64,000 nucleotides of DNA from positions 160,001-224,000 of the forward strand of contig CAWCYI010000004.1 in NCBI GenBank assembly GCA_963799845.1, given 5' to 3'. Below are positions 47,819-59,880 of the stretch, in pieces. Position 1 is the stretch's first letter. Every line of letters begins with the position of its first letter. Made by a program: the position numbers and the translations under genes. Under the pieces are notes generated by a model. It made no database searches, was not told the origin of the DNA, and saw nothing but the letters and a program-made list of their open reading frames with translations. Origin of the DNA: an uncultured Nitrososphaerota archaeon (GTDB lineage: Archaea > Thermoproteota > Nitrososphaeria > Nitrososphaerales > CADDZS01).

Positions 47819-50551
47819 ATTCACAGTGGTCGTCAAACGAACAGATCTGACAAGTTCTTCGAAGTTGTAATAGTCATGTTTCTCGAAAATTTCTTGAGGT
47901 ACTTTGATTGTTCGCCAATCTTCTTTAGTCATAATGGATACATCTTTGCACCACTTGGTCATTGCCGCCTCCTTCTGATCAGTATCTGGATACTCCCTTC
48001 CTTTCGTTTCGATAATCCAATTTATGACCCCTTTAGGAGTTTTTTGCACAGCTACAAAATCGGGATAATAAAATCGAATTCCACCGGCTTTACTCAGATA
48101 ATCGATTTTGAAACCTGTAAATGTTTCAGCGAAGGCAGCGAACTTTACAATGTCATTGTCCTTTCTATCAAGGAATTCTGCGAAATGTGACTCGAAATTG
48201 TTGAAAGTTGCGACGTAATTGAAAATGGATTTGCTCGGATTCTTCACATGCTTGCGTCTCCAAGTGAAAGGAATTGTTTTTGATAATACGACTCCCGTCT
48301 GTTTTAGAACGACCGGCTTTTGTTCCACTACAGCTTGTCCTACAGCTATGGCTAGAATATTAGAAATTTCGTTTTGAATGATAGGATCTGCGATCCTTTT
48401 TCGAACCTTGGCGCTTTCAAGATCAACAACTTTTCCGAAGCATTTCCTTGAAACATATTCATTAACTATCGGATAGAGATCAGAAAACCTTCCCGAGACT
48501 AGCTTCGCCTTCTTTAAAGCGTCAGATGTTATTCTTGCAATAGATTCGGAGGAAGGAGGTGCATAGTCGTATTGTATTGTTGATTCTCCGACTATGGTTT
48601 CGGTTATTGGGAACTCCATTCGGAGTCGAATCTTTTGATCTTCAGGCAGGGAAGAATTCAGTAATGAGTCTATTTTCATTGGATCGATCGAAGACAGGAC
48701 TTTGTAGTTGTGAGAATATTGCAATTCAGTTTGAGGAATCTCTACGTCATATTCAATCTTCGACTTCAGTGGTTCAACGACAATCGAAGGGATCGGATTC
48801 TCAACAGTCCTAATTCCAACACCTTCAGTTTCAAGTAATTTGACAAAATCCTCAAAGGCCTTTGTGCCGATAACTTCTAGCACTTGAAAGTTGTCCGGAC
48901 TAATTCCCGTCATCAGTCTCAGTCCACGTCCAACAGCTTGCTCTGGGAGAATTTGCGCTTTGGATGTAAATGGTCTTAGACCTAGTATCACAGTTACATT
49001 TTGTACGTCCCAACCTTCCCTAAGCATAAGAACGCTGACTATAATCTTGATCTTGTTTTTTGTTTTGTCAATGTCCATTGCCGTCTTCCGCAACTCTTCG
49101 ATATCGCCTGTCCTTACTTCACCCTTAAGATCGGTGTGAATTACAAGAACTTCCTCCTTCCTTACTCCTTTTTGTTTTTTGATCATCTCCGCTAAAGTAT
49201 CTGCAAATGCATTTTTTTCTGCCATTATGAAAAGGACTGGTTTCTTACCAACCTTGGCATATAGTTCACAATGAAGTTTCCATCTTTCAAGAGCAGAAAT
49301 GATCCATGGAGTATAAACCTCTGCAACATTTTCTTGCGTTATCCGTTCAGGATTCGGATCCTTGTTCGTAACCCGATGAACGATAATCGGCACTTTGACG
49401 ATAAGATCCTCTACCGCTTGAGCTAATGGATAATCGACGACGATCCAAGGGTAATAAGAACCATTTTGATCTTTGGGTGTCGCTGAGAAATCAAGCCATA
49501 ACTTGAGACCGCCGGGTGTTGAATGGTGAATCGTCAGAAGTGTCTTAGTCCATTCTAATTCTTCATCGTGTACGTGGTGGGCCTCATCGTTCATCACCAT
49601 TAGATTTTGAACTGTCATCACGCGGTCAAGAATAGAGAGAGAAGGCTTGTCAATATCGGTCTGTGCGGGTTTACCAAGAATTCTTTGAACTACGTTTTGA
49701 GGATCCCACTTGTCCTTTGGTCTGGATTGAAGCTGTTGAACATTTTGAATGAAAATAGTACCACTGGATTTTGGCATTCCAGGATTCCCCCTGCCGATTA
49801 CTTTGATGTTCCAATTGTCGATCCATTCGGGAGGAATAAGAGGGAGGCTTCTGAAAATTGCGCCATCAATGAAATCTCTTTGCAATCTTTCAAGCACGAT
49901 GACATTAGGAGCAACGATGAGGAAATTGTCGGCGTACCGATTTTGCTTTTCTTTAATTCGATTAAAATCAGCTCCAAACTACGGCAAGCGCCATCACAAG
50001 AGTCTTTCCAGAACCTGTGGCCATTTTGAAAGCATACCTAATCAAGTTGGGCTCCGGAATTTCTTGTGTTACATCTTGTCCGTGCTCCGAAGAGTACCTT
50101 CGAATAGACCTCTTTCCGTCAGGGGTAACCTGAAACTCAAGTCCTGTCCCCGTCAGGAAGTTTTGTTCAATTGTAGAAAATTCAGCAATGACAGGTTTTA
50201 GATCAGATACCCCTTAACTTCGAAAAGAAAAATGAGAGTTTCAATAGCTTCGCGCTGACAAAAGTAGTATCTGAAACGCTCTTTACTTACGATATGATCT
50301 TCTTCGAACCAGTAGGTAAGAAGCCTTCTCGTCGTTTCGGAAATTCCGACAGGAATTGTGTAATTAGAAGATCTCCAAGCAAGGACTTGGCTTCTAATCT
50401 TCTCAACAAGAAGGATATTACTCGGCCTCCGGCCGTTGACGATAGCATAGCCGTCACCTTCCTTTTCGAGATACGATTCGGGCCTTGAGTAGGGCTCCCT
50501 ATCTGGTATGATCGGAAGAGAACGGTCATAGGAAACAATGGGCTTTGGCAA
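47816..50551 (-). CDS. Type III restriction Res-like helicase-nuclease with frameshifts in 49960-50210
   Basis: YFCQREAIET, MATGSGKT (in the gap between ORFs), NDEAHH, FSATP, LREGWD, QAVGRGLR and YPDF...IETKG. Confidence 0.85.
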
Positions 50552-52513
50552 TTATATTCTAACCTCGAATAGCCGAGAGCTGTCGATTCCAAAAACGTCT
50601 ACAATTTTCAGAACTACGCGATATAATCCACGCTTCAAGTAAACATGGTTTGTCGATTTAACGCTCAAAGTCGGTTTCTCTTGTGTTCGATAGCAGGACC
50701 ACTGATTCATGAAAGTATCATTTTGAAAATCAAAATCAAGGGCCCAGTAGTCGATGAGATCTGACCAGTGCTTAATTTTCAAGCTTTCCGGAATTAGCTC
50801 TGGATTGGGTATTGCGAAATCTAGTAATTCCACTTCGAGAGAATTTTCGTTAATATGAGTCATTGCTTTGATGTATGCTAGGTCATAGAATTCCACTTCA
50901 TCTGCTTTTTGAAGATCAGCCTGAATCACTTCTTTTGGAATAACCAGAAGTCGGAGTTTGATCTTTTGATTTTTGGCCTCTAATTTCACGAGATCGTCTA
51001 ATCCCATTTCCCATTCCCAGCCCAGGATGTGCAATTCAGTCTGCTTAGTTTCTGAACATTCTCTTATCGCGGAAATCACTTCTTCAATCGTTACTGGTGA
51101 ATCAACTGCCCCAACATGCACTAATGCGCCACCTTTTCTTCCATGAATGGATTGGAACCCTGCTATGGGCTCTGCTTTGTATAATCGTAAAATGAAGGCA
51201 AGGTACTGATACAAAACGGTCCGATCCGAATTGGCAGAAAACGTAGTGCTTTGCCACACTTGTCGCTCATATTTTCCCAAATTCAAGATCTCGAATGGCT
51301 TACAGTTCTCCATTTCTAGAAGGCGCTTTCTAGAAGCGTGGATAGCAAAACGACTCAGGTCGCAGCCAATCCAACGTCTTCCTAATCGTTCAGCGACCGT
51401 TAACGTTGTGCCAGATCCGCAAAAAAAGTCAGCAACCACATCATTAGGATTCGACGAACTCGAAATAATTCGTTCTAGAAGTGCCTCTGGCTTCTGCGTC
51501 GGGTAACCAAGTCTCTCCTTCGAAGTGGCATAGATAGGAGGGACGTCAGTCCAAAGGTTCTGCAGAGGCTGACCTTCGTTTGAATCTAAGTAAGTCTTCC
51601 GTTGGATTCGCCCATCTTTACTCTTTGGAAAGACTAGTCTTCCTTCCACATCGAGCTGTTTCATAACTTCGAGGGACACTGCCCAGCCATTTGGATGAGG
51701 TTTGTAACCCTTGTAATCGTAGGTTAGATTAGGGCGCGGATGAGGACTGCGGAAGTCTGATAGTCGATATCGACGGCCGTCGGGCTCTGTAAATCGATAG
51801 AATTGCTCGATATACTCTTTCGAGAGAGGGGTGTATTGTGGGTTCCATGTGTATTTTTCCGACTTTACATAGTAGAGAATACGATCTGTGATATTGCCGA
51901 AGTTTTTGGGATCGTTGTGCGATGATGTGCGCTTCCAGATTATTTCACTCAGGAAATTCTCTTCTCCGAAAAGCTCATCCATAACGACCTTGACGTAATG
52001 AACCATATTTGCATCCAAATGGACATAGATTGAACCTTGAGCAGAAAGTAGATCTCTCATGAGAGATAGCCTTTCATAAATCATCTGAACATATGATGAT
52101 CTCCCTTCCCCCCAGGTGTCATTGTAGACTTTCATTTCGATAGTTGACGGACTCTTAGTTACTTCTTGTTCACCGATTTCTGTCCTAAAAGAAAAATCAG
52201 CCCCAGTCGCAAAGGGAGGATCGATGTATATTAGATCAAGTTTGCCAGCAAATTTTTCGGCAAGTGAAGAGATCACATACTTGTTTTCGCCCCAGATGAG
52301 CTTGTTTTTCCAACCTGCATCGAATGTCTGGCCCGGGTCTCCTTCCCAGACGTTAAACAACGTCTGTTGCAGTCCGTCATGCTTTCTATTTTCGCGGGCT
52401 GATGTACTTTCATTGATTGTCTCTATGATTTGAAAGGGAAGATTCACATGATGTAATTCTCGTTGCATTCCCTGCTCGTCGAACTTTAGCGGCCAAACTA
52501 ACCTGGCCGACAT
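50552..52513 (-). CDS. Type III Mod-like adenine methyltransferase 2; native first 11 codons cut off by the IS (53625-53657)
   Basis: YIDPPF, YPTQKPE and DFFCGSGTT; the current start MSAR comes from the IS TIR. Confidence 0.88.
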   Translation of the reverse strand: MSARLVWPLKFDEQGMQRELHHVNLPFQIIETINESTSARENRKHDGLQQTLFNVWEGDPGQTFDAGWKNKLIWGENKYVISSLAEKFAGKLDLIYIDPPFATGADFSFRTEIGEQEVTKSPSTIEMKVYNDTWGEGRSSYVQMIYERLSLMRDLLSAQGSIYVHLDANMVHYVKVVMDELFGEENFLSEIIWKRTSSHNDPKNFGNITDRILYYVKSEKYTWNPQYTPLSKEYIEQFYRFTEPDGRRYRLSDFRSPHPRPNLTYDYKGYKPHPNGWAVSLEVMKQLDVEGRLVFPKSKDGRIQRKTYLDSNEGQPLQNLWTDVPPIYATSKERLGYPTQKPEALLERIISSSSNPNDVVADFFCGSGTTLTVAERLGRRWIGCDLSRFAIHASRKRLLEMENCKPFEILNLGKYERQVWQSTTFSANSDRTVLYQYLAFILRLYKAEPIAGFQSIHGRKGGALVHVGAVDSPVTIEEVISAIRECSETKQTELHILGWEWEMGLDDLVKLEAKNQKIKLRLLVIPKEVIQADLQKADEVEFYDLAYIKAMTHINENSLEVELLDFAIPNPELIPESLKIKHWSDLIDYWALDFDFQNDTFMNQWSCYRTQEKPTLSVKSTNHVYLKRGLYRVVLKIVDVFGIDSSRLFEVRI

Positions 52514-53626
52514 AAATTATTAGACTGAAAGGGCCACAGACCTAGACATTCTCATTTTTGGCCAACTTCCCTTCCTATCTCAGGTTGTATGTCTCGATTA
52601 CAGGCACCGAAGGAGATTGTTGAAGAGGCTTATAGAGAGGAGAGGGACGCAAACGTAAGCAAGAGGATATTCCTCGTTCTGAAGGTCAAGTACGAGGGTG
52701 TCCCGGCGTCGCACGTAGCAAGGGAAGTTCACCGGCACAAATCATGGACGACACCGTGGCTTAGACGTTTCGAGAAAGATGGGCTAGAAGGACTCAAGAC
52801 GATGGAAAGGAGCGGGAGACCTCCGAAGCTCGATCACAACAAGTTCATTGCGGTGAAGAGGAAGGTCGTGAAGAACGAATGCGGCTGGACCGTGAAGGAG
52901 GTCAGGGAGATGATCCGCAAGGAAGCAGACGTGGCATACACTGAGAGACACATCTACAGGTTGATGCAGAAGTGGGGAGTGAGAGCAATTGTCCCTGACA
53001 AGAGGTTACTTCACAAGGCTTCCCTCGAAGAGAGGCTCGAATTTAAAAAAGGACCGCAAGACTCCTCAGGAATATCCCGGAAGGCTTCACCGTAGCATCC
53101 GAAGACGAATCAATCTTCGTCCAGAACATAGAAACCAAAAGGGTGTGGGCGGTCAAAGGGATTCGACCGATTCGGATTGTGTCAGGCTCGCACGGCAACA
53201 CCGTGGTGTTTGGAGCGATCAGCCTGGACGGGACACAAATCTTCAGGCAGTACGAGAAATTCAATGGCGAGACATTCCTCGACTACCTGAAGAAGGTGCA
53301 CAGGAAGTTTGGATCACTCTATCTCTTCCTTGACAAAGCAAGGCAACACCACAAAACCAGGATCGTAACTGATTATTTGGGTAAGAACAGGAAGACTCTC
53401 AGAGTCAGATGGATCCCGACAGCTTCGCCAGAGTTCAACATGATGGAGGAGTGTTGGCGCGAGGGTGAGAAGGATCTCTCAAGGCTTCCAACCTTTCCGA
53501 CGTCATTGAAAGAACTGAAATCAATCCTGGCAGAATACTATCGAACGCGAAGGTTTTGCTCGCATCTTGACATGAAGAAATTCCTTCTGACCAACAGGTG
53601 TCTATGAACTTATGTCGGCCAGGTTA
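52499..53626 (+). mobile_element. IS630-family insertion sequence, copy 2, inverted relative to copy 1
   Basis: Same TIRs, TA flanks, same length and identical translated ORFs as copy 1. Confidence 0.93.
52589..53607 (+). CDS. IS630 transposase with probable -1 frameshift at 53042-53051
   Basis: The -1 frame after TTTAAAAAAG reads RTARLLRNIPEGFTVASEDESIF into the DDE domain. Confidence 0.9.
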
Positions 53627-53678
53627 GTTCTGTGTCTCTAATATTGATGTTAACCAATTTTTGATCTCACCTTGCATT

Positions 53679-55529
53679 TCATACTTCAATCTCAAACAAT
53701 CTTGAACTATCTATTCCAAAAATGTCTACAATTTTTAGAACGATGGCGTAGCGTCCACTTTTCTTATAGTCATATTCGCCAGATTTGAGACTCAACTTAG
53801 GTCTTCCGGGTGTTCGGTAGCAGGACCACAGATTCATGAATGTATCCTTCTTAAAATCGTAATCGACAGCCCAATAGTCGATCAAGTCAGACCAGTGTTT
53901 TATCTTCACATTTTGACTTACCAGTTCAGTGTTTGGTATCGCGAAGTCCAATAATTCGATATGAATCGTTCTATTCCGTACATTTGTCTTTGCTTTTATG
54001 TAAGCTAGGTCGTAGAAATTAATGTCTTCTTTTTTTGGTATATCTGCTTGGATCAATTCGTTAGGAATGACAAGAAGTCTAAGCTTAATTCCTTGCTTTC
54101 TTGCTTCAATTTTCACCAGATCATCTAATCCCATTTCCCATTCCCAACCGAGAATGTGGAGTTCTGTTTGTTTAGCATCAAGACACTCGGACAGAGCTGA
54201 ATTGACTTCATCTATTGTGACCGGGGAGTCAACGGCGCCGACATGGACTAGAGCGCCGCTCTTTCTTCCGTGAATGAAACGAAATCCAGAAATCGGCTGC
54301 GCTTTGTATAATTTCAAAATGAAAGCAAGATACTGGTAAAGCACGGTTCGATTATCTTTTGATGAAAAATTCGTACTTTGCCAAATCTGGCGTTCATATC
54401 TTCCAAGGTTCAATATTTCAAAGGGTTTACAATCCTCGATTTCCAGAAGACGTTTTCTCGTCGTATGAATTGCAAAACGACTTATATCACAACCAATCCA
54501 CCTTCTGCCTAGTTTTTCGGCAACCGCTAAAGTAGTTCCGGAGCCGGAGAAAAAATCAGCAACTATCGAGTTCTCATTTGATGCAGCCTTTATCAGTACA
54601 TTCAACAAAGCTTCGGGTTTCTGTGTAGGATAATTCAGTCTCTCTCCTGATGTAGAAGCCATAACAGGTACATCAATAACATCGTTGGCTCGTTTTCCTT
54701 CGTCCCTTGGGTAGGTTTTGCCATAGTATACTGTTCCATCGGTTCTCCTTCTTTTTATCAGAGCATATTTCTCGCCTTTTTCATCGACTTTATTATATCG
54801 CTTCATATCAGTGTCTTTGTAGTCGACAAACACATCATTCCAAATGAAGTTCTGTCCTTTGGAATACCAGAAAATATTTTCATGCGCACGCTGAAATCCC
54901 TTTTTGGTCTCTGTTCCTCTAAATCCTTTATTCCAAATAATCTCATCCAAGAAATGTTCTTTTCCAAAAATCTCGTCTAAAATTACCTTCACGTAGTGGC
55001 CGACATGGTGATCCAAGTGAACAAAAATACTACCGTTTTCCGTGAGAAATTCCCGCATTAAGGACAGTCTGTCATACATCATCTGCATATAGGAGGAAAG
55101 TCCGTTTCCCCAAGTATCGTTGTAGACTTTTAGTTCAATTGCAGAAGGACTTTTTGTTACATTCTCCTCGCCTATCCCTGTTCGAAAAGAAAAATCCGCA
55201 CCAGTTGCAAATGGCGGATCTATGTAAATTAGATCTATCTTTCCAGCATAATTCTCAAGAAGAGATGAAATGATGTACTTGTTTTCTCCCCAAATTAACT
55301 TGTTTTTCCATCCGGTTTCAAAGGATTGTCCTTGATCGCCTGTCCAAACGTCGAAAAGAGAGTGTTGGATTCCAGAACTCTTTCTTGATTCGCGATTAAC
55401 CGTGCTTTCGTTAATGGTCTCAATAATTTGTAAAGGAAGGTTAACTCGTTTGATTTCATGCAGCTTTCCAGGTTCAACAAACTTATCTGACCATACCAGC
55501 TCAGTATTCCCAATTTCCAAGTTTGTCAA
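53679..55529 (-). CDS. Type III Mod-like adenine methyltransferase 1
   Basis: YIDPPF, YPTQKPE and DFFSGSGTT; clear paralog of 50552-52513. Confidence 0.9.
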   Translation of the reverse strand: MTNLEIGNTELVWSDKFVEPGKLHEIKRVNLPLQIIETINESTVNRESRKSSGIQHSLFDVWTGDQGQSFETGWKNKLIWGENKYIISSLLENYAGKIDLIYIDPPFATGADFSFRTGIGEENVTKSPSAIELKVYNDTWGNGLSSYMQMMYDRLSLMREFLTENGSIFVHLDHHVGHYVKVILDEIFGKEHFLDEIIWNKGFRGTETKKGFQRAHENIFWYSKGQNFIWNDVFVDYKDTDMKRYNKVDEKGEKYALIKRRRTDGTVYYGKTYPRDEGKRANDVIDVPVMASTSGERLNYPTQKPEALLNVLIKAASNENSIVADFFSGSGTTLAVAEKLGRRWIGCDISRFAIHTTRKRLLEIEDCKPFEILNLGRYERQIWQSTNFSSKDNRTVLYQYLAFILKLYKAQPISGFRFIHGRKSGALVHVGAVDSPVTIDEVNSALSECLDAKQTELHILGWEWEMGLDDLVKIEARKQGIKLRLLVIPNELIQADIPKKEDINFYDLAYIKAKTNVRNRTIHIELLDFAIPNTELVSQNVKIKHWSDLIDYWAVDYDFKKDTFMNLWSCYRTPGRPKLSLKSGEYDYKKSGRYAIVLKIVDIFGIDSSRLFEIEV

Positions 55530-55530
55530 A

Positions 55531-58469
55531 CTAGTTTATTCTCTTCATCGTTCGCTTCTTGCGCCTAACAAAGCGGTATTTAATTGTGTTTTGTGAAACA
55601 CAATACATTCTGAAGTCACACTCCTTGCAAATATTTGACGCTGGAGGATTCTTTACCTGAAAATCGTTCTTCTGGATCTCACCCACAATGTTGTCAAAGT
55701 GATGACCGGCTGAAAGCACGGTATTGGGATCCACAGGAAATTCCATTAACGCATTTTGCTTGTCCTTTTCAGCTGTCCAGTAAATGTATAGTCTGTCCGG
55801 ATGTTTACCATAACGCTCTTTCAGAATATGGGCGTAGAGACAAAGTTGGTTATGATAACGCGCAATTATCGGATCGTCTTTCGGTGGTCTTCGTTGCGTT
55901 TTGAAATCTAGTATCTCTAACTTTCCATCTTCACCTCTGAGGAGATCGATTTTTCCGGTAAGAATGTAGTCGGCTTTTCAACGGATACGTCCACTTCTGT
56001 TTCAATTACCCGATGAAGTTCCTTCTTATTCTGGTGGAAGTAATTCAAAACATGCTGCAGAGCGGTCTCTCGTCTTTGTTCTGCGAGAGGTCTCATCCCA
56101 GCGGAGACAAGACTTTGGTAATTTATCGCAAACCATTGATTCTCTATGATTTCATCTGTGATTTGATCTAATTTGCCGTCTATGACTCGTTTATGAATGT
56201 CTTCGATAGTTTGATGGACTAAGATACCGAAAGTCATCGTTGCAGATCTTGACGGAGAAAACTCGTATTCCTGATAGTATTGGTATTGACGGGGACAGAC
56301 TTCGAAAACGTTAATGTGTGAAGTCAGACTGTAGGATTTCTTTGGGGCAAACGGTTTCTTTGGAGCGAATCTCAGAGATTGCAAGACCTGCGTTTCAACG
56401 TAAGGCCATTGGTCCAATCCCTCCCAGATTGGATCGAACAGCTGGTTTGGCTCAGCAGTGCTAGTCAGGACGAGTAACTTTTCAGCTCGCGAGAAAGCGA
56501 CGTAATATTGTCTCATGAAATCGAATGTTGAAATTCTATCGTCCGGCTCGAAAGGAGTGCGACGATAAAAGGATGCTAGATCTCTATCGACCTGTCTTTG
56601 GGTTCGACGAGTCTTATCGAGTGATCCAACCGCCACCGCAGTGAATTCCAATCCTTTCGATTGATGGATCGTCATTACTTGCACGTATCCTCTTGGGATT
56701 GGATTGTAGGGGTCCTCATACTCATCAATTCCGCTGTCGATCAGTAATTTGAAGAAACTAGAAAACAGCTTCTTGTTAATCCAATCTTTGTTTCGCTCCG
56801 TTACTAGGTTAATGTGATAGTAATTTTGGAACTCCGTCAGAAGTGTAGAGAAAGTAGATAAATTTCTCACCCTGTTTTCATTCTTTAAGAACGAGGCAAA
56901 AGGCTCGAAGGACATCAGATCATAAAAATAATCAACCAACGTCATGTCCAGGGTCTCACCTTTTTGTAGATTAGTGATGTCAGCGACTCTTTCTCGAATG
57001 TACCTAGCCAGTTTTGGATTTGTATCGATATACGGCCCCAATGATGAAATACATCGATTGCTAAACTGAGCTAGCGCATCGAAATTGGTTCCTATTAACT
57101 CAGGAATCTCGTTATGGAATCCAAAGATAACCGCGTAACAAGCAATAATCAGTTGAACTTCGTCATTTTCAAAATAGGCTCTTGCTCTGGGGCAGAAATA
57201 TGGGATCCCGAATTTCTCGAGTTGATCCAAGTAATGACCACTGTGTTCCAATCGTACACTGTGTAGCAAAAGAGCAACCTGACTATAATCTTCTATTATG
57301 GAATTATCCTTGAGATACTTCACCATTCTTGCAAAACGCTGTGCCTCATCATCTTGGTTTTCTCCCCAGATACAAAACACTGAAGGATACTCTGGAAAAC
57401 TGCCATTTGGATCCGGCACTATTTGTTTTGGAAACCGAAAATTTGGAGGACCGCGTGGATTAGTCCAATCGACGGAATTCATGAAGTAATTGTATCTATC
57501 AATGATCTTCGAATGTGAACGATAATTTATGTCAAGAGTTATTCTCGAACATTCAGGGAAGTGAGTCTGGAATTCGAGGATGTTTCTGACCGTTGCCCCT
57601 CGGAAGCGGTAAAGCGATTGATCCTCGTCACCCACAATGCAGATATTATTTTCTGGTTCTACTAATGCGAAGAGAATTTGTTCTTGGATGTAATTAGTGT
57701 CTTGATATTCATCCACCATTATGAATTTGATATGTTGTCTTATTCTCTTCTTTATCTCATCGCGGCTCACGAGTTGAAAGAAGATTTTTTGCAAATGAGC
57801 AAAATCTACTTTGTTGAGCTGGAACAGTTGTGATTCATAGTTTTCATAGGCAGTTCCAAGACGTGACAGGAATTCGTTCGGCGAATTGCGTAGTTTAGTA
57901 ACGTCGATTAATTCTTCGGTTATCTTGTCGAAGTATGGAAGTAGCCCTCTGATTGTTGTCCATTTGTACTTCCACTTTCCAAAATACTCCTCCGAGATCT
58001 TCATTGATTCTGGAATAGTTTCATCAAATCGGTCGTTGAGAAAGAGTTCTTGAGTGAGATCATCGAGAGTTTCGTAGTTCTTTTTCAGTGGAGAGTACTC
58101 AATGAACCTACGAATGTATTCGTCGCAAATTGAGTGTAATGTTCCTACCTTCATTTCATAAAGAGGTCCTTTGTAGTCGAAGATCTTAGCAGACTGATAC
58201 AACCTGTCTCTTAGCTCAAATGCGGCCTTCTCTGTGAAAGTCGTAACTACGATCTCCGCAGGTTGAGCTCTTCCTGTAAGAAGGAGAAAAAACGCTCTCA
58301 ATACGAGAACGAGAGTCTTCCCAGAACCCGGTCCGGCAATTATCTGTACAGGTCCATTTACTGTTTGAATCGCTTGAAGTTGACCCTCATTAAGACTCGA
58401 GAAATGCTCCTTGATAATCCGGATGGCTTGCTCATCACTGAGAAAAGGAGCACTTTCCGAGAGTTGCAT
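55531..58469 (-). CDS. UvrD/PcrA-like helicase fused to a PD-(D/E)xK (AddB/Cas4-like) nuclease; one frameshift near 55970
   Basis: AGPGSGKT, VDEYQD, GDEDQSLYRFRGA, TIHQSKGLEF and YVAFSRA; the shifted frame reads GKIDLL...LDFKT...QLCLY...CKECDFRMYC. Confidence 0.88.
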
Positions 58470-58674
58470 TTTGTCGCGATCTTACTAAAAGAAGTTAATT
58501 ATATGTTTGACACATTTCCAGATGTTTGGTATTACGCACGGAACGAATTGGGAAGAAATTGGATAAAGAAGCATGGAAATTCTTTAGGCGTAAATAAGCC
58601 GAAACATCTGTCCAAATCCATGATCGTCGAAAAACAGCATAGATTTAAGCGCTAACGAAGGTTTTATCCATTAT

Positions 58675-59880
58675 ATGCAAATTGTCAAACAACAGAGAGA
58701 CTTTTGGGAATCTTTTGGCATTTCACTAGATGATATATACGAACAATACTCCAAGAAAAAGGGAAAAATAAGTAACACTCTTGCCAACAAATTAGAATCC
58801 CAGTCTAAAGATTGGTCTGAGATAGTTACGCAGACTTATGGTGTCAAAGGAGATAACCTCAAAGGGATTGTAGCGTCTCTCTATAAAAAATCAAAGTCTG
58901 ACTTCATTGATTTGTTCGCTCTTTCGAAGTTCGCTCATGCGAAAATCAATCCGACCATAATCTATGATTTTGCTGATAAGAATCTAAAGGGAAAATTACA
59001 TGAACGAGCTGCAAATAAAACCGTTGATTCAGCTCCAATTTTGTTGCCGTTGTGGAAACAAAATCCAAAAATCCTTGAAAATATTTTCTACGAATTTCTC
59101 ATCCAACGTTCGAGTGTTAGAAAGTTCGAAAATGAGAAACCAATAGATCACAAAATTAGTATTAAAAATCTAACTTTTGAGACAATAAGCTCCTATCTGC
59201 AAGAATACGAAAACAGTAGGAAAGTAAATTCTCGGCGTGAGATAAAACTATGGTGGTTTGCGAAGGATTCTAATCGAATCAAGTTGATGTTTCGAAGAGA
59301 AAAGGGTGCACGATCATCACTGAAATTAGTGGAAAGAAATGCCTTTTTGAAAACCGGCGATGAAAAGATCCTAGTCCTGAGCGAGGATGGTAAGTCTCTG
59401 CAAATAGTTACGCGTCGTGAACCAAAAAGTACTTTGAAAATTGCCATATTCGTTGTCGAAAAGTTGACTGGAAGTAAGCCAGATTTCGTTGAGATGCCCC
59501 ACAATTACGAGGTTGAAAAGGTCCAATCTTTTTTCGATAATTTTAGAAAAAATAAGATAAAAGGCTCGGCCTTACTTTCGGTTAGAGTAAGAAATACTCC
59601 TCTCCCCGAATCGCCAATTGTAGAGGTTCTTGCCTCTAGTAGCATTTCGGATCAGGGAATTCTGCCCGCCCTCGAAGAACTTGAAACTAATAGAAAGACA
59701 CCTTTAATCAATGGTGTCTCTGACCTGATTAGCTTTCAATTGAAATTGGGAGACAGAGTCTACACCGTCAAGACTCTGTTACAAGGAAAAACTGTAAAAT
59801 TTGCGACAGATAATCGTTACCTGAGGGAAAGTGAAAAAGAAAAAGTCTGGTCATATTTTGACAAGGAGTTAGCCTTGTGA
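58675..59880 (+). CDS. Hypothetical protein
   Basis: 401-aa ORF with GTGA overlap into the next gene. Confidence 0.7.
   Translation: MQIVKQQRDFWESFGISLDDIYEQYSKKKGKISNTLANKLESQSKDWSEIVTQTYGVKGDNLKGIVASLYKKSKSDFIDLFALSKFAHAKINPTIIYDFADKNLKGKLHERAANKTVDSAPILLPLWKQNPKILENIFYEFLIQRSSVRKFENEKPIDHKISIKNLTFETISSYLQEYENSRKVNSRREIKLWWFAKDSNRIKLMFRREKGARSSLKLVERNAFLKTGDEKILVLSEDGKSLQIVTRREPKSTLKIAIFVVEKLTGSKPDFVEMPHNYEVEKVQSFFDNFRKNKIKGSALLSVRVRNTPLPESPIVEVLASSSISDQGILPALEELETNRKTPLINGVSDLISFQLKLGDRVYTVKTLLQGKTVKFATDNRYLRESEKEKVWSYFDKELAL

Noticed and set aside
47804-48190. 128-aa ORF starting MSARL
   Set aside because: The start comes from the IS TIR and the frame is antisense to res; no recognisable motifs.
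46691-53626. Composite transposon that imported res-mod2
   Set aside because: mod2 continues across copy 2 and the res stop reconstructs across copy 1, so the IS copies inserted into a pre-existing operon.
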